This document shows, in pieces, positions 1-12,020 of a DNA stretch of 64,000 bases (positions are counted from its first letter, which is position 1; every line of letters starts with the position of its first letter). The notes under the pieces were generated by a model that saw nothing but the letters and a program-made list of their open reading frames with translations, had not been told where the DNA came from and made no database searches. The stretch comes from Malacoraja senta (lineage: Eukaryota). Location: contig CM075988.1 of the NCBI GenBank assembly GCA_038087875.1, positions 9,054,001-9,118,000 of the forward strand, read 5' to 3'. A program made the position numbers and the translations under genes.

Positions 1-491
1 GTAAAAAAGTTGCCCCACACATCTCCTTTAAACTTTGCCCCTTTCCTTCCTGACTCTTATACTCAAGCGTACCGCCTGCCTTCTTTAACACTTTGTCTAC
101 TTGTGTTGACAGTTTCAGTGAGCAATGGACTGGGACCCCAAGATCCATCTGTACATCAATGCTGTTAAAGTGTCATGTCATTAATTGTATTCTTTCCCCT
201 TGCGTCCAACCTCCTAAGGTGCAAGACCTTTTTTTAGCCTTTCTGGTTGCTGTCAATTTCTCATTGGTACTATTCACAATGATGAGTTAGTCTACTAGAA
301 AATATGAAATCAAAACATGTAGTCAATTTTACTTCGGAGTCACGTGAGTGACTACGTGAAGAAGACCCCGTCCAGCCGCACACGCGTCATTATCGATCAG
401 ACGCATAGCGTTCATGACCGTGTGTGGAGAAGCAGCAGCTCCTCCAGGCGGTGAGTAAAGCGAATTTAAAGTAAAAATCGGACAAGGTAAG
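1..491 (+). repeat. Apparently identical duplicate of 33010-33500 (CR1 fragment plus DIRS left end), cut off by an assembly gap
   Basis: Matches 33010-33500 with no difference seen. The ORF track gives the same 65-aa peptide at 93..290 and 33102..33299. Includes the DIRS left terminus from 326. Confidence 0.95.
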
Positions 492-691
492 NNNNNNNNN
501 NNNNNNNNNNNNNNNNNNNNNNNNNNNNNNNNNNNNNNNNNNNNNNNNNNNNNNNNNNNNNNNNNNNNNNNNNNNNNNNNNNNNNNNNNNNNNNNNNNNN
601 NNNNNNNNNNNNNNNNNNNNNNNNNNNNNNNNNNNNNNNNNNNNNNNNNNNNNNNNNNNNNNNNNNNNNNNNNNNNNNNNNNNNNNNNNNN
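492..691. other. Assembly gap (200 N)
   Basis: Run of N in the sequence. Confidence 0.99.
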
Positions 692-995
692 TATAGGGGA
701 ATGGAGAACCAGACAACATAGGTTTAAGGTAAGGGGGGGAAAGATTTAATAGGAACACGAGGGGTAACTATCACACAAAGGGTGGTGGGTGTATGGAATC
801 AGCTGCCGGAGGAGGTAGTTAAGGCAGGTACTATCGCAATGTTTAAGAAGCATTTAGATTGGTACATGGATAGGACAGGTTTAGAGTGATATATGCCAAA
901 CGCAGGCAGGTGGGATTAGTGTAGGTGGGACATGTTGGCTGGTGTGGGCAAGTTGGGCCGAAAGGCCTGTTTCCATGTTGTGTGACTATGACTGA
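692..995 (+). mobile_element. CR1-clade (HER1-like) LINE 3' end fragment
   Basis: Degenerate ORF2 C-terminus (RT/H..KV.G.RF) and the tail ttgggccgaaaggcctgtttcc..gactatga shared with other copies in the window. Confidence 0.8.
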
Positions 996-3900
996 GTGTT
1001 ATGAGTGAGAAACATCAGGGATGTCCATATCACCTGCTCCATGGTGGGCACTGATGACTGTTGCATTGATAACTGCCTAACTCACGCTTATTTCCATTGC
1101 TTTGTCTCCCAGACAAAAGCACTCACAACATTCTGTTACACCTAACTCATGTTTAAGGTCTCAAGCATCCTGTAAAGGGGGTTCTTCTCAGTGAGGTCTT
1201 CTAAAGACAAGCCGCGACTTTCAATCTGAAGAAGGGCCTAAACTTGAAATGTCACCCATTCCTTCCCTCCAGAGATGCTGCCAATCCCGCTGAGTTACTC
1301 CAGCATTTTGTGTCTATCTTCGGTTTAAACCAGCATCAGCAGTCCCTTTCTGCACATCGATCCAGGGCATTTGGGTTAATCAGGTTTATTTCTCCAGTTT
1401 TTTTTATTTGCTGATACATTAAGTTCTTAATTCTCCTTCGATCCATGATTCTGCAATATTTCCAGTATATTTATTTTTGCCTCTTCTCCGATATCAAATA
1501 TTAGTTTACATTTCAGCTACTGCCCTATTCCCCACTATAGTTTATCCTGCATCTGTTTCCAAGGAACCCAAACTTACTTAATTCTTTAAATTAAAGCTCA
1601 CTGAAGTCTGTAACAAGACCTGAACCAAATTCTCCTCATCAGCCTGACGAAGGGTCCTAAAACGTCATCTGCCCATTCCCTCCACAGATATTGACTGACC
1701 TGAACACCTCCAGTTCTTTATTCTATGCTCGAGATACCAGAACAGCAGTCTCTTGTGACGTTTATTAACTCAATTTTAAAATTCACATTCGATTTTTTAA
1801 AAGTCGGCATCAAAATCTCTAGTTCCAGTGACCCTAGTCCTAAACTCTCTCCCTTATCCTCCGCCTCCACTCTATTTAACCTAGAATATCAAAATCTACC
1901 CTCTTGTTTTTAACTGAGAAGGTAACAGGGTAATTTAAGAAACAAAACTGTTCAGGCGTATTAAATTCAAAGAACAGGATAGTTTTCCAATGTCCATTTT
2001 ACAATTAAGGTCACAAAATAATAAATGTCTTTGATCGAGCTGCCTGCCTTGACAAATTGCCTGCCGTGTCTGCCTACAATATTGGTGCTGTCCATTTCAC
2101 AAACTGACGTGCTCTGGGATATCATAGGTAAAAGCTGCTATTTAAATACAAGACCACTCATTCTTTATTATCATTAATCACATCAGATAGAAAATAAATT
2201 AGCTCCTTGCTGAGGCAGTATGACATTGGGCAGTGAATAGGTTCAGTGTTTTATAAAGTTTTGAGAGATTTTGTCACATGAATTAGGATAAAAAAATGCT
2301 ACCATAATGTTATGTCTATCAGCAGGACATGCAGCATCTCTTGGAGAAGGAATGGGTGACGTTTCGGGTCGAGACCCTTCTTCACCCATTCCTTCCCTCC
2401 AGAGATGCTGCCTGTCCCGCTGTGTTACTCCAGCTTTTTGTGTCTATCTTTGGTTTAAACCAGCATTTGCAGTTCCTTCTTACACAGTTCTGTCTATCCA
2501 TTAACCTTTACAATCCAGACTTAATTGAGGAGGTTACCACCTGATAATTCATCCCATCTTTATCTTTAGCATTGTATTATCCTGGAGCTCACTTCTTACT
2601 CATACCTCCTTAAAACATGAAAATCTGCTTTGTTGGCATTACCAGCATTCAAACTTCCATTCAACAGATCAAAAACATAAAAATGAAAGCTAGATTCTGA
2701 ACAACTGGATCCCTTTGAAGCAAAGGTGTAGCAATTGAAGGAAGAGTCTGATGGTTCATTAGGGAAGATGGCAGCTTGGTACAGGATGTCATTGCAGTGA
2801 GATTAATCCTTTCATTTGTAGCCATTTAATATCCCATTTGAACTGACTTCACAAACAACCAACAATCAAAACTGACACCAGATAGATATTTGAATATTTT
2901 GAAACTCATCAAGGCATAAAGAAATCACTAATGATTGTGGGTTCGGGTTGCAATTACTGGTTACCCATTCATTTTTTTAAATTTATTGCCCTGTTCATTT
3001 CCGGATACAGACAACAAAATTGGAATACACATCCACCTATGATCCGAAAAGCTCCACTGAAGAATAATAAATAATTCATTGGAACTAGTAAGCGTTACCA
3101 ATAAGGAGGTTAAATCTGTGAAAATTGGATTTATACAGTCAAGTTCAGAAGGGTGCACACACTCACATAAAGGTAAAATACCACCACAGCGGCGAGAGCT
3201 CCTCGTCACAGTTCCTTAGGGGGGGGGGGGGGGGGGAAGGAGGGAAATGATCAGAGTTTAAGTTTACTTGGGTGTCAGAGGGTCACAGCATTGGAGTGCT
3301 TTGGCCTGTGTGTGTAGACGTGGCGGAATTAAGCAACAGGAAGGCGTTGTCTTGCCTACAGTAGGTTATTGAACCATGCTGTGCTGTATCCGTAGGAATA
3401 AGCAGGTAAAATGTTTGATTCAGCTTTCTCTATTGTATTGTTGAACAATGTACTTTGGAAAGGCAGAGTGCATGGAAGTGTAGCAACATGCGAATGCTGC
3501 TAAACTAGTTCATTCTTAAAGGACATCTGTACATAAAGATTGTTGGAAATGTTAGGAGAGTGCTCAGCACATTTTTCTTTCTCCTTAGAGATTGTTCCTC
3601 CGCAAAATGTCCTCACTGTTTATCTTCTCACGATCTGGTGAAGTATTGGGATGAGATCAGTATATGTGCTGAATGAAAATGGTCTCTGGGGATCCGTGAT
3701 CAAATTTCGTAACTGGTAGGATATTGTTAATGATTGCCAGCGGAAGAATATTATGATGTATGATTCATACTTTCCTCCTCAAAATGTCATATGTAACAAT
3801 GTCAACAAGTATTTTTAAAGCTATATATGGCACAACAGAGTGATATTTCTGCAGCACACCAATGAGATGAAGAGCAATGGTTTAATTAAGACTGGATGCT

Positions 3901-4440
3901 CTTCAGTCCTCTGAGAGTGTGTCAGACCTCAGTTTGTAAATGCTGCTCGGGGTTAAAAAAAGAAATATAGTAATTAGTTCACAGAATGTTCAAACATCTT
4001 TCTTATTATGCCAATTAATTCATTTAAAAATAAATTCTAAGGCCAATGCTTCAATTGTCATTGGAGTAAGAAGTAATTCTGTAATGATCTCAATTCAATT
4101 TTTTTGTTTTGAATTACTCAGGAATGCTGTAGGTCCAGACTAAGGATTATAACAACATTTCTAGATATTCTTACTGTTTTGCGCAAACATCTGAGGTGGA
4201 AATGGGGCAGTTTGGGGATTACGGAAGGCACGGTAGGTTAATTGGCCTTCAAATTGCCCCTCGTGTGTAGGAAGTTGATGCTTAAGTGGGATAACATGAG
4301 ACTAGTGTAAACAGGTGGTTGGCGTGGACTCGGTGGGCCGAAGGGCCTGTTTCCATACTGTATCTCCAAACAGAACAAAGAGGGACCCGGAGTGGGGCGG
4401 CCGCCGAGATATCAGAGGGGGTCCCAGCATGGGCGGTCAT

Positions 4441-4726
4441 GATGGCGCAGCGGTAGAGTTGCTGCCTTACAGCGAATGCAGTGCCGGAGACCCAGGTTCG
4501 ATCCTGATTACGGGAGTTTGTACGTTCTCCCCGTGATCTGCGTGGGTTTTCTCTGAGATCTTCGATTTCCAAAGACGTGCAGGTTTGTAGGTTAATTGGC
4601 TTGGTAAATGTAAAAATTGTCCCTTGTGGGTATAGGATAGTGTTAATGTATGGGGATCGCTGCTCGGCGCAGACCCGGTGGGCCGAAGGGCTTGTTTCCG
4701 CGCTGTATCGCTAAACTAAACTAAAA
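4441..4726 (+). mobile_element. tRNA-derived V-SINE (HE1-like)
   Basis: A box tggcgcagcgg, B box ggttcgatcc, V-domain gagtttgtacgttctccccgtg, CR1-like tail gggccgaagggc.tgtttcc and (ctaaa)n. Confidence 0.85.
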
Positions 4727-4944
4727 GCATTCCGGTAATTAATTCCAATGGATGGAGGAATTGCTTTACAGATTTGTCCTGAATGGCTGTTCATCTACAT
4801 ATATTGAGCTATTCGATGGTTCCAGATGCCCAGACAAGTGAAATCACATCCTTTCACCTGTCTTTTCAACCCCTGGAAGAATGTTGCTTACAGGTATTTC
4901 AATAAGGTTCTTCTGGAATGTCTGTTTATTCTTTCTTCATAGGG

Positions 4945-5410
4945 AGACGATCGGATAATGGTTGGACAAAGGCTAAAGTCAAGTGGTACGATTATAAGTT
5001 TGTAGGTTAGTTACCTAAAATTGAAGAACTCAATGTTCATACCATTGGGTTGTAAACCAAAGGAATCTAATGCAGCTGGAAACCTTTAGCGTTGACCTGA
5101 GACCACCTGAAGCCTCTTTGCCACCTGGAGCCTGCACTGCCTTGCAAGCACCCCTCTGCGATGTGGACTCTTATACATCGGTGAGACCAAACGTAGACTG
5201 GACGATCCTTTCGCTGAACACCTTCGCTCAGTCCGCTTGAACCTCCCTGATCTCCTGGTTGCTAAACACTTTAATTCTCCTCCCCATTCCCACACAGACC
5301 TTTCTGTCCTGGGTCTCCTCCATTGTCAGAGTGAGGCTAAATGCAAATTGGAGGAACATCTCATATTTTGCTTGGGCAGCTTACAACCCAGTGGTATGAA
5401 TATTAAAACA
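4945..5410 (+). mobile_element. Penelope-like element GIY-YIG endonuclease fragment, preceded by an inverted fragment (~4945-5065)
   Basis: From ~5160 translates as CGLLYIGETKRRL.D.FAEHLRSV...VAKHFNS..HS...E.HLIF.LG.LQP.GMN, a typical PLE GIY-YIG C-terminus. Confidence 0.8.
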
Positions 5411-6959
5411 TCTCTACATTCCAAGTTGTTGGCAACTTTGTAACAGTTTGTTTATGTGCTGAGAATAACAATTGCAGACATATTAAAACATTCATGAGAA
5501 TAATAGCTTCAATATAACTGCAAATCCAGTCACTTTCCATGTTATTTGTGTGCTGGTGGAGCGAGATAGTTTCCATTGAACTTTAGAGCACATAGATCAA
5601 GAGGTCTACATGGTGGTAGCAATGCCAGAAGATCTTCAGTTTTAACTATCTACTTCAATGGAAGTTAATCTAATCATTAATTAAATGATAACACTTTATC
5701 CAGATGAAAACCAGTCTGAAGAAGAGTTCTGTCCCAAAACGTCACCCATCCTTTTTCTCCAGAGATGCTGCTTGACCCGCTGAGTTATTCCAGCACTTTG
5801 AGTCTATCTTCGGTAAAAACCGTGACCTTCAGTTTCAAGAACATCTTCCCATTAACCATCAGGCTCTTAAACCGCACTGCACAACCACAAGCCTACCTCA
5901 GCAACGATCTACTATGGACTTTGTATAGATTGCACTATATACTTCAATGTGCTCTATAATGGTCAGGTTAGCTAGTATTATTCAGTATCTTATTAATATT
6001 TAAATAATTTATTGTATTATTGATTATTCCATATGTATTTGTTCTGTTGCACTAATATGGCTGTATGGCTGATGTAAATAAGATTGTCCTTGTTTTGTTA
6101 CCCATTGCATTGAAACAATTAAACACTCTTGACATTTGATTCTCCTAATCAGATTGGGGTATTGTCATCTGGAGATTGTTAAGAGATGTAAATTGTAAAG
6201 CTAGAGAGTAGTAACACATTGTTATCACCATATAGATGTACAAGTTTTCCACCACCATTTTTTCCCTTTGCAAAATTACCTAGGAAATGGACAGACTCCA
6301 GTTTTCATACTAGTTTCCCTCCCCCCTGACTTTCAGTCTGACGAAGGGTATCAACCCGAAACATCACCTATTCCTTTCCTCCAAGATGCAGCCCGACCCG
6401 CTGAGTTTAGCATTTTGTGCCTATCTCCAGTTGTATAGAGCCTGTTCTCATATTTGTCATTTGCTTTGCTTAAACCTATAATGAAAATGATAACATTTAC
6501 TGGATGCTGGGTTTTATAAAAATATATCACAGGTGATTGATTGAATTGATTGAAAGATGCAGCATAGAGACAGGGCTGACAGTTCACTCAGTCCATGTCA
6601 AACATCCATCATCACACTAGTTCATACTAGTCATTCCACTTATGCATCCACTCCCTACACACCAGGGTGAAATTACAGAGGCCAATTAATGTTTAAAAAA
6701 AAACACACACATCTCTGGGATGCAAGAGCAAAGCAGAGCATCCGGAGGAAACCCACGCAATCACATAGAGAACATGCAAACTCCACATAGACAGCACCGT
6801 GGTCAGGATCGAATCCGAGTCTCTGGCACTGTGAGACACTGTAGGAGGAAAGCACAGATTATTTTTTTTATTTTGAATGCCTCATAATATTGAGGCATGA
6901 TAGGAAGTCTACAACATGGACAGTCAGCACGGCCTTTGAAAAGTTTAAGCAGTAAATGA

Positions 6960-8250
6960 AGAGTCAAGAGTCAAGAGAGTTTATTGTCATGTGTCTCAGA
7001 TAGGACAATGAAATTCTTGCTTGCTGTAGCACAGCAGAATATTGTATGAATAAATACAGAACAGATCAGTGTGTCCATATACCATAGAATATATATATAC
7101 ACACAGAAATAAACAGATAAAGTGCAATAGGCTGTTATGGTTCAGAGTTTGGTTGAAGTTGTGCTTAATAGTCCGATGGCTGTGGGGAAGTAGCTGTTCC
7201 TGAACCTGGATGTTGCAGATTTCAGGCTCCTGTACCTTCTACCTGATGGCAGCGGAGAGATGAGTATGTGGCGTTTTTGAGGCAGCGACTGCGATAGATC
7301 CCCTCGATGGTAGGGAGGTCAGAGCCGATGATGTTTACAACTTTTTGCAGCCTTTTCCGGTCCTGGACGCTCAAGTTGCCTAACTAAGCCACGATGCAAC
7401 CGGTCAGTATGCTCTCTACTGTGCACCTGTAGAGGTTCGATAGAGTCCTCCTTGACATACCGACTCTCCGTAATCTTCTCAGGAAGTAGAGGCACTGGTG
7501 TGGTTTCTTTATATTTGCATCAGTGTTCTGGGACCAGGTGAGATCTTCGGAAATATGCACGCCCAGGAATTTGAAGTTCTTGCCCTTTCCACCATCGACC
7601 CGTTGATATAAACGGGACTGTGGGTCCCTATCCTACCCCTTCCAAAGGCAACAATCAGTTCCTTGGTTTTGCTGGTGTTGAGAGCCAGGTTATTGTGCTG
7701 GCAGCATTTCATCAATCGGTCGATCTCACCTATACTCTGACTCGTCCCCATCAGTGATACATCCCACAACAGTGGTGTCGTTGGCGAACTTGATGATGGA
7801 GTTCACACTATGACCGTCATGAATATAGAGTGAGTACAGCAGAGGGCTGAGCACGGAGCCTTGAGGTGCTCCCGTGCTGATTGTTATCGAGGATGACACA
7901 TTTCCACCAATACGGACAGATTGTGGTCTGTGAATGAGGAAGTCGAGGATCCAATTGCAGAGGGATGCGCAGAGACCCAGATCTGAGAGCTTGGTAACCA
8001 GCTTGGAGGGGATGATGGTATTAAATGCCAAGCTGTAGTCAATGAATAACAGCCTGACATGAGTTTTTGTCGTCCAGTGGTCCAGAGCGGAGTGGAGAGC
8101 TAGTGAGGACGCATCCACCGTTGATCTGTTGTGGCAGTAGGCGAACTGCAGTGGGTCCAGGTTTTTGTCGAGGTAGGAGTTGATTTGCGCCATGATCAAC
8201 CTCTCAAAGCACTTCATCACCACAGACGTTAGTGCCACTGGTCGATAGTC
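6960..8250 (-). mobile_element. 5'-truncated Rex1/Babar-type LINE (RT domain and 3' end), frameshifted
   Basis: ORF 7726..8238 ([12 protein letters not shown]...DPLQFAY...LLFIDYS.AFNTI...GAPQG.VLSPLLY...KFANDTT) continues in 7509..7769 (LNTSKTKEL). Short-repeat tail (tcttgac)n near 6960. Confidence 0.85.
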
Positions 8251-9039
8251 AGCGTTTCCTGTTTGCCAGACAAAATTGCTTTCAGTAACTACATTTTTAA
8301 TTGTGTCTTAAAAAGTGTCAGTGGAACTAATTTTACGTACCTCTGTCATGCTCCATAGCAATAGCTTAGTTGAGGTCACACAGACAGTGTCACCTCAACC
8401 CTGTAACGCACTAAAGAGTCTTAATGTTCCTGTGCAAATGCATCACTGGGAGACTGTGTGGGAAAATGTCTGCTTCTTAATGGACTGACCAGTGGATCAA
8501 TTAATCTTACTATATCAACTTGTAGCCAGAGATATACACTAAAAATGTATAACAACACACAGAGATCTGAATGTATAATTTTGCACCATGTGTTATGCAG
8601 CTATCTATATAACTAAAAGTCTAATCTTGACCACTTCCTGTCTGCGCTCTATATTGATTTTAGAAAAAAACGCTACCATATATCGCTAGGATATTTGGTC
8701 ATCTTACTTACAGTTCTCCTCCGCTGAGGCAGCCCCTAGGATTTTTCCGATCGGTGAAAAATAAAAAGGTTATGAGTGTTTAAAAAATCTTGAGATCAGC
8801 TGATTGGTCCTCTTGCCTGTCAATCACCACGGTGAAGGTAACGCCCCTTCCAGGGGGGGTGGGGGGCGGGCAGGTCTATAAAACCCCAGATGCCTGGATG
8901 TGAGTCTGTCACTGTGGAAGATCGCGAGGGAGTGTCCACAACTGTGATTCTAAGCTGTGAATCAACAGAACTGTTAGTCCGCAATGTACTTGCAATAAAT
9001 GATTTGTTAGCCCTTATGACAATGCAATGAGTTTGGCAA

Positions 9040-9272
9040 TTTGATGGCCTGCACTCTACTTAAAATGCTGTGAACTTGAATGTGGTGGCCTGCACTCTGC
9101 TTGAAATGTTGTGAAACTGAATGTGGTGGCCTGCACTCTGCTTGAAATGCTGTGAAACTGAATGTGGTGGCCTGCACTTTGCTTGAAATGCTGCGAAACT
9201 GAATGTGGTGGCCTGCACTCTGCTTGAAATGCTGTGAAACTGAATGTGGTGGCCTGCACTCTGCTTGAAATG
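9040..9272 (+). repeat. 41-bp minisatellite inside Helitron H1 (~5.5 copies)
   Basis: Unit gtggtggcctgcactctgcttgaaatgctgtgaaactgaat. Confidence 0.9.
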
Positions 9273-9289
9273 GAATTTCAAGGAATAGC

Positions 9290-9648
9290 CATGAGTGAAC
9301 TGCCAGCCCACCAGCCTTGAGTGACTGATCTGCCAGCCCGCCAGCCCTGAGTGACTGAGCTGCCAGCCCACCAGCCCACCAGCCCTGAGTGACTGAGCTG
9401 CCAGCCCACCAGCCCTGAGTGACTGAGCTGCCAGCCCACCAGCCCTGAGTGACTGTGCTGCCAGCCCACCAGCCCTGAGTGACTGAGCTGCCAGCCCACC
9501 AGCCCTGAACGACTGAGCTGCCAGCCCACCAGGCCTGAGTGACTGAGCTGCCAGCCCACCAGGCCTGAGTGACTGAGCTGCCAGCCTACCAGGCCTGAGT
9601 GTCTGAGCTGCCAGCCCACTAGTCATAAGTGACTGAGCTGCCAGCCCA
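9290..9648 (+). repeat. 30-bp minisatellite inside Helitron H1 (~12 copies)
   Basis: Unit gagtgactgagctgccagcccaccagccct. Confidence 0.92.
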
Positions 9649-9969
9649 ATAATCCATTCTGCCCACAATGTCCATACTAGCTCCCTGGAAACCAGTCCCT
9701 TCGGCCCACATCACCCATATTAGTGCTCCAGAAAGCCCCCCCCCCTCACTGGCCACCAATATTGGAATTGGTGGAGAGGTGGAATATTGCGTTGGGAGAC
9801 CAGCCCTCCCGTGTGAACATGGGACCCAACGGGTCCCACTTTGTCTAGTATTTATTAAAGTGCATATACTGTAAGGTTAGTATATTGTATAAATTATACT
9901 TACTGTTAGGGGATATTGAAAAACTAAATAATCACTCAAAAACAGGTCCATTGTCCAAGGTTTATTAAA

Positions 9970-10850
9970 TAAGACACAAAATGCTGGACTAACTCAGCAG
10001 GTCAGGGATCATCTCTGGAAAATTTGGATAGGTGATGTTTTGGGTCGGGACGCTTCTTCACACTGATTGTGGTGGTGGAGGGTCGAAAACTAGAAGAGAG
10101 ACAAAACCTGGCCAAGTTATAGATGGATACAGGTGACGAGGTGAGAGGTGCAGGGGGGGGCGGGGTTGTGTGGGGTCGATTGGATAATAGTTGGCCAGAG
10201 GCTAAAGTCAAGTGGTATGAGATAAGCATAAAATAAGTTTGTAGATCAGTTACCTAAAATTGAAGAACTCAATGTGCATACCATTGAGTTGTAAGCTACC
10301 CAAGTAGAATATGAAGTGCTGTCCCTCCAGTTTGCACGTGACCTCATTCTGGCAATGGAGGATGGCCAGGACAGAACGTTCAGTATGGGAATGGGAAGGG
10401 GAGTTAAAATGGTTAGACCATAATGGCATTGGTCTTGTCGACAGGTTTGATGACAAGGTTGGGATTAGTTTAAGTTTGCACTGTGCTGCACGTTCAGAGG
10501 GGATGAGAATGGATTGGGCAATGGAGCGGAGAAGTCAAGACTTTCAATATCACATCTGTAATTGGAAATGAAAATGTCCATAGAGGGTTAAAGGCCAGAG
10601 GGAAGTGCACAAGTGAAAGGGGATCATCGACGGGGAGGAAAGAATTCATCACTGAAGAAATAGGCATGGAGGTAGAAGCAGGAGAAGAAGAAATCAATTT
10701 TATTTTGGCACTGCTGAGGATGAAGAATTGTGGACCATGCCACATTTGAGAAGCCAAGGACTGGTGGGAAAGAGAGAGAAAGGGACAAATGGTACAGATG
10801 CTTTGTGGTGCTTTGTTCAGAACCCTTCTCCAGACTTGTTGAGAAACCCA
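9970..10850 (-). mobile_element. Internally deleted Penelope-like element (terminal repeat, endonuclease C-terminus, RT N-terminal remnant)
   Basis: ORF 10250..10456 (NHFNSPSHSH...HFIFYLGSLQLNGM). VIKPVDK motif on the minus strand at ~10430-10456. Terminal repeat at 9970-10065. Confidence 0.7.
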
Positions 10851-11424
10851 TCTGAAACTTTGTTTAAGTGCTGTTCAAACATGAGCTGTGGTAAAGGCAA
10901 ATAGGTCCCACGTGAAGGCCAGACTTGGGGTACAGGCTAATTAATTCCCTCCAACAGAGAAAAGGACCATCTCACAGATGGGGCATCCCCTGGTATGAAA
11001 GTCAAGTGTTCAATCCACTACTCCACTGCCTTACATCCACTGAAAGTCTCTTCCACTGCAACGGAAAAAGACAGCACACAGAAGGAGGAAGGAGATAAAA
11101 TATTCAATCGTTTATGTTTCCATTCGCCTTTAATATTGTGTCCATCACATTTTGTTACGATCTGTCAGTTTTCTCAGAATTGAGCTGACTTCTTAATGCA
11201 CTATCTGCCTGACATTTCCTCTGAGGTTATTGTTTGTGTGCCATTGATCATGTGTTGCCTTGCAATTGTACATTTGTTAACATATCCTCATGGTAGAACA
11301 TTATCAAATGACGACCGGACATTTTGCCTTTGGCTCCTTTTAGTCAATAGATGAAGATTGGGGGAAGCATCTTGAAACTCACCTTTCGATGATAATTCCA
11401 TTCCTCTGGAAAAATATAAACATT

Positions 11425-12020
11425 TAGAGTCATAGAGAGAGTCATAGTGTGATACAGTGCAGAAACAGCCCCTTCGTCCCAAATTGCCCACACCGACCAA
11501 CATGTCCCAGCTACACTAGTCCCACCTGACAGCATTTGGTCCATATCCCTCCAAACTTATCCTATTCATGTACCTGTCTAACTGTTTCTTAAATGTTGGG
11601 ATTGTCCCTGCCTCCTCTGGCAGCTTGTTCCATACACCCACCACCCTTTGTGTGAAAAAATTACCTCAGATTTCTATTAAATCTTTTCCCCTTCACCTTA
11701 AACCTATGTCCTCTGGTTCTCGATTCACCTACTCTGGGCAAGAGACTCTGTGCATCTACCTGATCTAATACCCTGTATGAGATCATCCCTCATCCTCCTG
11801 CATTCCAAGGAATAGTGTCCCAGCTTACTTAACCTCTGCCTTTTGCTCAGACCCTCTAGTCCTGGCAACATCCTCGTAAATGTTCTCTGTACCCTTTCTA
11901 GCTTGACAACATATTTCCTATAACGCGGTGGCCAGACCTGAACACAATATTCTAAATGTGGCCTCACCAGTGTCTTATACAACTGCAACATGACCTCCCA
12001 ACTGCTATACTCAATACTCA
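11425..12020 (-). mobile_element. CR1-clade LINE 3' fragment
   Basis: ORF 11725..12021 (LQLYKTLVRPHLEYCVQVW.P...LERVQR.FTRMLPGL) is the CR1 ORF2 C-terminus. Tail (gactctat)n. Confidence 0.88.

Larger units (their letters stand above)
8604..9848 (+). mobile_element. Non-autonomous Helitron (copy H1)
   Basis: Starts A|TCTATATAACTAAAAG and ends with hairpin TGGGACCC-aac-GGGTCCCA (9820-9838) then CTAG|T. No TSD. Homologous ends at 16389-18045. Confidence 0.85.

Noticed and set aside
2961..3236. 82-aa ORF followed by a poly-G run, a possible insertion or retrocopy
   Set aside because: No recognisable protein motif in the frames I read and no clear TSD or poly-A.
4441..4515. tRNA-like sequences at the heads of many repeats
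   Set aside because: They are SINE heads fused to V-domain and LINE tail, not standalone tRNA genes.
9040..9668. Long repetitive ORFs (9060..9668, 9278..9619) and a CRISPR-like appearance
   Set aside because: Head-to-tail minisatellites without unique spacers, inside a Helitron. The ORFs stay open only because the units lack stops; there are no cas genes and the context is eukaryotic.
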